Assembly: GCF_006345805.1 (NCBI RefSeq)
Contig: NW_021824257.1
Location: 1 to 18,164, forward strand
DNA: 18,164 bases
Direction of reading: 5' to 3'
DNA from: Octopus sinensis
Lineage: Eukaryota
Shown here: piece by piece, positions 10,811 through 18,164 of the stretch
Layout of the letters: each line of letters starts with the position of its first letter
How positions within the stretch are numbered: position 1 is the stretch's first letter
Position numbers and translations under genes: made by a program
The notes under the pieces: model-generated
Databases searched by the model: none
Told to the model about the DNA's origin: nothing
Seen by the model: the letters and a program-made list of their open reading frames with translations, nothing else

Positions 10811-11153
10811 ATTCCTTGGTTTGGATTTGGAAAACACTGAAAATAAGAACATACCCTTCGAAGATCTGCTCCCAACTAACAGTGCCAACAAATTCAAAAT
10901 AAGCAAGCGAAGAATCTCTGTTCTCCCCTTCCACCAGCGTGGGTTAAAATCATCAAACACTATGCTTATTTCGGAAAATCCGAAGCATTAATCAGAGGGA
11001 GATTAATTATAATTTCAACAATTGAGGGCAAAATTAATTAATTATTAATCAATTTCACAAGTGTTATTTTGAATTTGTTGGCACTGTTAGTTGGGAGCAG
11101 ATCTTCGAAAGGGTATGTTCTTATTTCAGGTTTCCAAATCCAAACCAAGGAAT

Positions 11154-11209
11154 TTCTGAGCCGATGATAGAAATGTTGTTTTGACTAATCTGAAACGTAC
11201 GTTCTCGAA
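11154..11209 (+). ncRNA. HHR-like motif, copy B of the 540-bp unit
   Basis: GAG-CCGATGA (11161-11167)...GAAACGTACGTT-CTC. Confidence 0.35.
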
Positions 11210-11691
11210 TAACCTTAGCATTTGATTTTTCGATGTCCTTACCCCAACTTTTGTGAGTTGAATAAGCAAACACTATATATGAGAGAGATTTTCTTTAAGA
11301 TTAGAAATAGCCTTAAAAGTTTTTTAGCTGCTATTTCTAATGAGTTCAGTATGCGGCAAAGTAATTTATTTTACTAAGCCCTTTTATATAATGTAATAAT
11401 TTGAATTCGCCTTGAATGGTCCCTTTGCATACTGAACACTTGGTGAAATGATTAATAATTAATTAATTTTGCCCTCAATTGTTGAAATTATAATTAATCT
11501 CCCTCTGATTAATGCTTCGGATTTTACCGAAATAAGCATAGTGTTTGATGATTTTAACCCACGCTGGTGGAAAGGGGGAGAACAGAGATTCTTCGCTTGC
11601 TTATTTTGAATTGTTGGCACTGTTAGTTGGGAGCAGATCTTCGAAAGGGTATGTTCTTATTTTCAGTGTTTCCAAATCCAAACCAAGGAAT

Positions 11692-11748
11692 TTCTGAGCC
11701 GATGATAGAAATGTTGTTTTGACTAATCTTGAAACGTACGTTCTCGAA
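11692..11748 (+). ncRNA. HHR-like motif, copy C of the 540-bp unit
   Basis: TTC(T)GAG-CCGATGA (11699-11705)-25 nt-GAAA (11731-11734)-CGTACG-TT-CTCGAA. Stem III is the perfect palindrome AACGTACGTT and stem I is GAG/CTC. U4 is replaced by C and stem II is poorly formed. Confidence 0.4.
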
Positions 11749-12029
11749 TAACCTTAGCATTTGATTTTTCGATGTCCTTACCCCCAAACTTTTGGAGTTG
11801 AATAAGCAAACACTATATATGAGAGAGATTTTCTTTAAGTATTAGAAATAGCCTTAAAAGTTTTTTAGCTGCTATTCTAATGAGTTCAGTATGCGGCAAA
11901 GTAATTTATTTTACTAAGCCCTTTTATATAATGTAATAATTTGAATTCGCCTTGAATGGTCCCTTTGCATACTGAACACTTGGTGAAATTGATTAATAAT
12001 TAATTAATTTTGCCCTCAATTGTTGAAAT

Positions 12030-12147
12030 TATATATATATATATATATTATATATTATATAGATATATATATATATACATATATATAATTTCATATATAT
12101 ATATATATATATATTGTATATATATATGTATTATATATATATATATT
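12030..12147. repeat. (TA)n microsatellite
   Basis: Direct reading. Confidence 0.95.
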
Positions 12148-12408
12148 GGCCCCGCTCTCTTTAACATTACACCAAAACACATTAAAACAGAAACTGACCC
12201 TATAGGGTTCAAGAAGTCTTTGGACAGATTCCTTCAAGAAATCCCGGATAAACCCTCTACACCCGGATATGTCTCTGTAAACAATAACTCTCTACTTGAG
12301 TGGGCCATAGTGCCCAAATTCTGACTTGAAAGACTTCACCAGGTGGTGCTATTAAGTTAGACATGGCCTGGGCCAATAATGGCCGAAACCTATCAAAGTA
12401 TCAAAGTA
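12148..12408 (+). mobile_element. 5'-truncated CR1/L2-group LINE 3' end (second family) with (ATCAAAGT)2 tail
   Basis: Open frame GPALFNITPKHIKTETDPIGFKKSLDRFLQEIPDKPSTPGYVSVNNNSLLEW...* at 12148-12324, then a short 3' UTR and tandem tail. It has the same RT C-terminal signature as 8362-8752 but a divergent sequence. Confidence 0.9.
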
Positions 12409-12519
12409 TATATATATATATTATATTATATATACATACATACATATATATATGCATATATATATATATATATTATATATACAGACATATATACATAGAT
12501 GTATTTATATATGTTTATG

Positions 12520-12567
<48 letters not shown>
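12408..12567. repeat. (TA)n/(TACA)n microsatellite
   Basis: Direct reading. Confidence 0.9.
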
Positions 12568-12568
<1 letters not shown>

Positions 12569-12986
12569 TCCAAACGTTACTACATGTGGTTTGTATATTA
12601 TTTTTTTCCACCGACATCCTTTTCTGTTGGACTTCCCTCTATCTCCTGTTCTGAAGAAGTGCTTATCTCGAAATATAAAACACCCATCCTTTCTTTCATT
12701 GAACGTCTTTTAATACTTTGTATGTACCCCATCCTCACGTTGTTGCTGTTTTTTTCTTGTTTTGCTTTGTTTCTTCATTGTTTTTGGATTATTTATATAT
12801 AAATCTATATATGCATATTAATAGTTATCGCCATATTAATATGCCATTCTTATAGATATAAGAATAATCGCTGCCATGGTCAGCTCCATGAGGCCACCGC
12901 CATCAAGATAGCTATTGATACACGATCCGTATCCATTATAACCTTCGAACAAGGGAGGTCAGCCGCTTCACACTGCCAGTCCGACA

Positions 12987-13028
12987 GCTACAGACGCGTT
13001 TCGGGATATTGCCCCTTGTCAATGTAGC
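12987..13028 (-). ncRNA. Minimal type I hammerhead ribozyme, U3-A8 core variant (left copy)
   Basis: Minus strand: GCUACA-UUGACAA-GGGG-CAAUA-UCCC-GAAA-CGCG-UC-UGUAGC. Confidence 0.8.
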
Positions 13029-13416
13029 GCTGTCAGGCCCGCAGGCGTCGCCACTGACGTCTCTGTTCGAAGGCTTATATTTACCTAGTTTCAGTGGAAT
13101 ACATCCACTTGTTTTCAATAATAGAAATATTAAAATTACTAAGTCTCTATAAAAGAGATTACGACAACGTTTACTGGAGATTAATAGTTATCACCATATC
13201 AATATGGCATTCTTATAGATATAAGAATAATCGCTGCCATGGTCAGCTCCATGAGGCCACCGCCATCAAGATAGCTATTGATACACGATCTGTATCCATT
13301 ATAACCTTCGAACAATATTTCTATTATTGAAAACAAGTGGATGTATTCCACTGAAACTAGGTAAATATAAGTCTTCGAACAGAGACGTCAGTGGCGACAC
13401 CTGCGGGTCTGACTGC

Positions 13417-13458
13417 GCTACATTGACAAGGGGCAACACCCCGAAACGCGTCTGTAGC
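13417..13458 (+). ncRNA. Minimal type I hammerhead ribozyme, U3-A8 core variant (right copy)
   Basis: Stem I GCTACA (13417-22) / TGTAGC (13453-58); core TTGACAA (13423-29); stem II GGGG/CCCC with CAACA loop; GAAA (13443-46); palindromic ACGCGT stem III; GTC cleavage triplet with predicted cut after 13452. Stem I extends via GTCTGAC (13407-13) / GTCGGAC (13460-66). Confidence 0.85.
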
Positions 13459-15279
13459 TGTCGGACTGGCAGTGTGAAGCGACTGACCTCCCTTGTTCGA
13501 AGATTATAATGGATACAGATCGTGTATCAATAGCTATCTTGATGGCGGTCGCCTCATGGAGCTGACCATGGCACCGATTATTCTTATATCTATAAGAATA
13601 CCATATTAATATGGCGATAACTATTAATTTCCAGTAAACGCTGTCGTAATCTCTTTTATAGAGACTTAGTAATTTTAATATTTCTATTATATATGTATAT
13701 ATCTATACATACACAAAAATATGTTATTCTGTGGCCAACTCTGTGCGTTTATATTTCTGTGTGCTCATGTCATTGTGTGCGAGTCTCTACATATATATAC
13801 GACTGCTTCTCATCAATGTCAATTATTATGTTCTTCGCATAAACCTTCGTATTAGTTGTTGCCATTAAATTATTACTAGTGCTATCATATAAATGTACAC
13901 TTCGTAGTAACCATGCCATTTGAATCGTAGCAATCGCTTCTTAAACGATGGTTACACCTGCATAATAAAACTACCTGTTTAAACTGTAACAATTACTCGT
14001 AAAGTATTGAATCTATTAGCTTTCCGAACAGAATTCTCTGATAAATTCTTTTAAACGTCGAAGAACTTATTTAACATTTATCTATATTTGTAAATCTTCG
14101 AAGATTAAAGCATTAGGACTCAATATTTCGTAATATGGTTGTGTGTTTTCTTAATTTTGTGTGAGAGGACACAGGATGTAGATGCTGATATGTTGCATGT
14201 ACAGCCTTATGTATATGAGTTCCATTATTGCATTGCGTTAAGTCTTATGTTCTTGCAGAGGTTTATTGAATATAAATGATATGTGGCTGATCTATCTCTT
14301 TCCGTCCCACGCTCTCTATCCCTCCTCCCCTATCACCTATCACATCTTTGATTTTTTATTGAACCAAAATTTGAATTTACAATATTTTTATATCACTCCT
14401 TGCAACTAGAACTAGCGATTGCTTGGTACAAAAACACCTTGTCAAACATATTTCTGATAAGATTTTAGAAAATGCATTTAGGAAGAATCTTATTATTTAG
14501 GTCGAATATTTGGGTTGAAAAATATTTTACATGTTTACCAACCCGCTTTTCAATATATTCTGAAAGTATATCTCAAATTTAAGTGTATATCTTATACATA
14601 ATACTCTTCGTAATAATGATTTGTAACACTGCAGGTCTGTAAGTGATATTATCTTTGGTAAAATACCGCAGCAAATGACAGAACGACAGTGGGCGTTCAG
14701 TAACAACGATAATATCTAGATGGTTGCATGAAATATTATTGTTTGAGGTCCCTATGCTGGACTATTATATATATATGTATTTTAATGATAAGACGGAGGA
14801 ATTTTTTAAAGGCGATTCGAGATTAAAAAATACAATTGGATCTCTAACACATCCCATCGAGAGATATCAACAATTAATATCCAGGAAGACTCTTATGTTA
14901 CCCTATGCTCTAACGATGCTTAGACTGGTATATATTTTGTGAATTTCATCTCTAACACTGTTATTCGTAGCTACAAAATACTGTATCCATTCGTTCGAAA
15001 ATTTCGCTGTTTAACAAAGGTCCAATTTATACTTAATTGGAGAAATGCTAATTATAATTATGCACACATATATAAAAACAAAAATACATATAAACATACA
15101 CGAATAAACTGATACAAAAATGCACTTTCAAGCAATTAGTAGATAATTATTTCCGCGTTAAGGGAACTCTGGCAAAAATTTGTAAGTTATCAAGTATAAA
15201 GTTGAGGAAAATGTAATTAAATCTAACATTAAAGTTTGTTATATTTTTTTTCTATTACGTGTCACTGTGTATGTGAATG

Positions 15280-15288
15280 TATGCATTG

Positions 15289-15323
<35 letters not shown>

Positions 15324-15470
15324 TTACACGCACACACGTACAGACATTAGACATTTATACATATATGTATATATAAATATGCATATACTCATTGATATAT
15401 GCATATACATACACATACATATAAATTATCTATGTGTTTATATGTATATATATATATATATATACATTTA
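15280..15470. repeat. (TA)n/(TACA)n low-complexity region
   Basis: Direct reading. Confidence 0.85.
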
Positions 15471-15592
15471 TTGGGGTTGTTCATAATTGCGTATATACGG
15501 TATATACGTGTACAAGAGAGTTTAAGTTTACATATTTGTATATTCTTAAGTATATGTGTGAAGCAAAACAAAGTTGTTCTACATAAGGATTT

Positions 15593-15700
15593 TTCTTCTT
15601 CTTCTTCTTCGTCTTCTCATTGTTGTTGTTTTTGTTGTTATTGTTATCATTATTATTTTTATTATTATTATCATTATTGAGTTGTTATTGTCGTTATTAA
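15593..15700. repeat. Compound trinucleotide tract (TTC)n-(TTG)n-(TTA)n
   Basis: Direct reading. Confidence 0.85.
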
Positions 15701-15824
15701 TATATTTTGTCTGCTCATATTTCCTACTTAGTCATTAAAATACGTTTTAAAATACGTTTCAAAACAGAGAATTTCCTCGACCAAGGAACCTTGCAGTTCT
15801 AAAATATTGTGATGGACAGCAGCA

Positions 15825-16130
15825 AAAAACTAGACGGAAAATGTAACTTAATTAAAAATAAAATGAAAGATAGATATGATGGAGGTGGTTTCAGAGTAAC
15901 AAGTATAAAAGAAAAGTTTAGCTGATTGTTTCGTAATCAAATTCTAAATGTTCAGGGTTTTGGTGAACATGAGAGAGAGTCTATAGAAGAATGCGTTTAG
16001 ACTTATTTGGCACCGGAAAATGAAAAAGCTAATAACAAAAACATCAGACAGTGCATGTAATAAAAGATAACGGTTGGACAAAATCGAATGGAAGTACCTT
16101 TTATGATAACCTCTTAAAGACAGTGAGTTC
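15825..16130 (+). mobile_element. Possible highly decayed RTE-type LINE C-terminal remnant
   Basis: Scattered words KKLDG, RMRLDLFG and TFYDNLLK in different frames follow the order of RTE RT C-terminal motifs. The match is weak. Confidence 0.3.
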
Positions 16131-16379
16131 CATCATCTACTAAGACTCTCGCATTTACAAAACTTTAAAAATGTTTCATCTATAATTATTTCTAATTATA
16201 TACAGTACATCGACTTTTACAAAAAAAAAAAAATGCGTTTTCCATTCTAATGAAATGATATAAAGTTGTAACCTGTTATTTCGTATGTGTATCTTAAAAG
16301 GAATTATATAAATGAGTAAGTAAAATGTATAAATTATTGATTTTTCAGAAACTATCACATACAACAGAGAATCAAATCA

Positions 16380-16685
16380 CACATACACGTTCTATATAGA
16401 TACATACATACATATACACATACGTGTATATATATATATATGCATAGATATAGATATATACACACACATAAATATATACATTTATTTATATATCTATATA
16501 TACATACATAAGTATATGTACGTATATACATATACATGTATGTATATATGTGTATATATATATATGTGTATATATATGTATATACATATATGTGTATGTG
16601 TGTGTGTGTATAATTATATATTTACATAGATTACACGTATATGAACATACCTACTCACATATATATATATACACACACACATATA
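16380..16685. repeat. Degenerate (TA)n/(TACA)n/(TG)n region
   Basis: Direct reading. Confidence 0.85.
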
Positions 16686-17129
16686 TTCGGGTGTGGGTGT
16701 ACATATTTTAGAGTTTACAAATAAAAGTCAACATACGTTCACCGACGTGTACGCTCGTTGTTGTTTCGCAGGCAAAATCAATATTACGATCCAACAAATA
16801 TTTCATGACCGAAGATTTAAAACACGTTTGAATTTTAATTACAGCTTTCTATTTAGGAGAAACATAATTTGGACATATTCTCGATACGACGAGTGAAGCA
16901 ATTATTTTCAATACAAAGGTATCGTTTTTAATGTTGTTGCGTTTATTTCATGATACGGTAGTTAATGTGCACAATGTAAATGTGTAATTAGACAAACAAA
17001 TACATACCCTGGTACTTATATAGCTTGCAGAAGCAACAGTTAATACATGCATGCACACACAATGACACACAGAGGCAGGTAAAGCAATGAAAGATCGAGA
17101 TCGTATATACTTATAAAAATATACAAGCA

Positions 17130-17210
17130 TGTGTACATATATATATATGCATATATATATATATATATTATATATATATATATATATAATTATATATATA
17201 TATATTATTT
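17130..17210. repeat. (TA)n microsatellite
   Basis: Direct reading. Confidence 0.9.
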
Positions 17211-17629
17211 ACTAACTACATTGTAGTTTTTACGCCAGGATGTTAGCTTTAAGCAATTGGACCTGCATGTGAAGATCTGGAAACAGATCTCGGACTTGTT
17301 TTGGAAAATGTGTTGCAATTTCTTCTTCCAGAGTCAAATCCCAATGATGATCATATTCGTCACTAAGAATCATGTAAAAAAATTCGCCGAAAACAGTCAG
17401 AGTAATGAAAACATAAAAATCCAAAATTTCAGGATTACTGGTCAGGATTCGGCCCGAAATATTTTTTATTTACTCCCGGAGTCAGCCTGATTAAAACATG
17501 GTAAGATATGCTGGGCTACCACCTCGAGGAGTAAAGTTTCGAAATTGTGACACACTGACACACTGATTTTCACATTTATCATATTAGATATGTTTAATTT
17601 CGGTTGTGAAACTGTATTTCAATTAAAGT

Positions 17630-17640
17630 CTATTATATAT

Positions 17641-17672
<32 letters not shown>

Positions 17673-17689
17673 TATGTGGTGGGTGTGTG

Positions 17690-17733
<44 letters not shown>

Positions 17734-17808
17734 ACATATGTACACACACCATACACACACTAACACACACACACACAGACACACACATATATATATATAT
17801 ATATATAA
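17630..17808. repeat. (TA)n-(TG)n-(CA)n-(TA)n compound microsatellite
   Basis: Direct reading. The TG and CA tracts are mutually complementary. Confidence 0.9.
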
Positions 17809-18164
17809 TTCTTCCACACATTCCCTGTCTTCTTCATGCGATCTTTTTGCAAATACATACTCTGGTCGAACTTTTTATACATTTATGCACAGGTGGCTCT
17901 AAACGTGCTGATTACATGATGGCATGTATGTGAAGTCCTCGGTCTACCGAGATACATTCTCCTTCCTGCATGCGCTGACACATCTTGTAGCATTTACGTA
18001 TGTCTTCTTGTTACTTCTAATCAAGTTCAACGAAATATCATCATTGAAATATAGAGTAGATATATTGATACATCATCCGTAATAACTATTACATTAATTC
18101 AACAGCTTCCACTTTGAACACCTTGTATATATTTCCTAATTTTACATTATATAGCGATCATTTT

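Larger units (their letters stand above)
10572..12031. mobile_element. ~540-bp unit arranged as an inverted arm (10572-11065, ~0.9 unit) plus a tandem arm (11064-12031, ~1.8 units), flanked by (TA)n
   Basis: TGAGTTCAGTATGCGGC occurs at 11341 and 11881 (period 540) and its reverse complement lies at ~10601-10617. GCCCTCAATTG occurs at 11471 and 12012. The arms meet at a TT microhomology (11064-11065). The repeat structure is certain; the retroelement identity is inferred. Confidence 0.85.
12817..13690. mobile_element. 363-bp HHR-bearing non-coding unit (retrozyme-like): left arm 12817-13315 on minus (~1.4 units) and right arm 13314-13690 on plus (~1.04 units)
   Basis: ATTAATAGTT occurs at 12817 and 13180, and AATATTTCTATTAT at 13314 and 13677, giving a period of 363 in both arms. 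The right arm is the reverse complement of the left with scattered substitutions. The junction microhomology is AA (13314-13315). Each arm has one HHR. Confidence 0.9.

Noticed and set aside
10692-10991. 99-aa ORF in arm A of the 540-bp unit
   Set aside because: It has no recognisable domain, lies antisense to the HHR-like motif, and is disrupted by indels in the other copy (though those may be errors).
12936-13509. Duplicated 60-aa ORF MKTSGCIPLK... on both strands
   Set aside because: It results from the inverted 363-bp repeat and has no recognisable motif. The sequence is better explained by RNA structure.
10572-13690. CRISPR array or prokaryotic/phage system
   Set aside because: The repeats are 363-540 bp without spacers, and the context is eukaryotic repeat DNA.
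12817-13690. The 363-bp inverted structure as a fold-back read artefact
   Set aside because: The arms differ by multiple substitutions, many of them transitions, with an exact 363-bp period and no homopolymer indel pattern. The arms are also offset rather than mirror-symmetric.
1088-17933. Numerous 60-165 aa ORFs rich in YI/IY, CV, HT or SIYL repeats
   Set aside because: They are translations of stop-free microsatellite frames with no protein-like content.
17880-18000. Candidate exon after CACAG at ~17892
   Set aside because: There are stops in all three plus-strand frames and no recognisable peptide on the minus strand.

Overview
This is AT-rich, microsatellite-dense, non-genic eukaryotic DNA. 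The repeat landscape resembles an octopus/cephalopod genome, which is an inference. No intact protein-coding gene is recognisable, and most listed ORFs are translations of (TA)n, (GATA)n, (CA)n or (GAA)n tracts. The unique sequence between microsatellites is mostly transposon debris: two different Penelope-like element (PLE) GIY-YIG remnants (1-1080 +, 5362-6045 -), a Tc1/mariner remnant, two CR1/L2-type LINE 3' ends and a SINE head. The main signal is a set of small non-coding elements carrying hammerhead ribozyme (HHR) motifs. (i) A 363-bp unit at 12817-13690 has a minimal type I HHR with a compensatory U3-A8 core (UUGACAA), in two copies. (ii) A canonical-core HHR with a 12-bp stem II lies at 6217-6296 (-). 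(iii) A ~540-bp unit at 10572-12031 has a weaker HHR-like motif in three copies. (iv) A degenerate HHR sits at the 3' end of the first PLE. The 363-bp and 540-bp units share one architecture: two divergent, circularly permuted arms joined by a 2-nt microhomology, with both 3' ends running into (AT)n. This fits retrozyme-like RNAs mobilised by PLE machinery.
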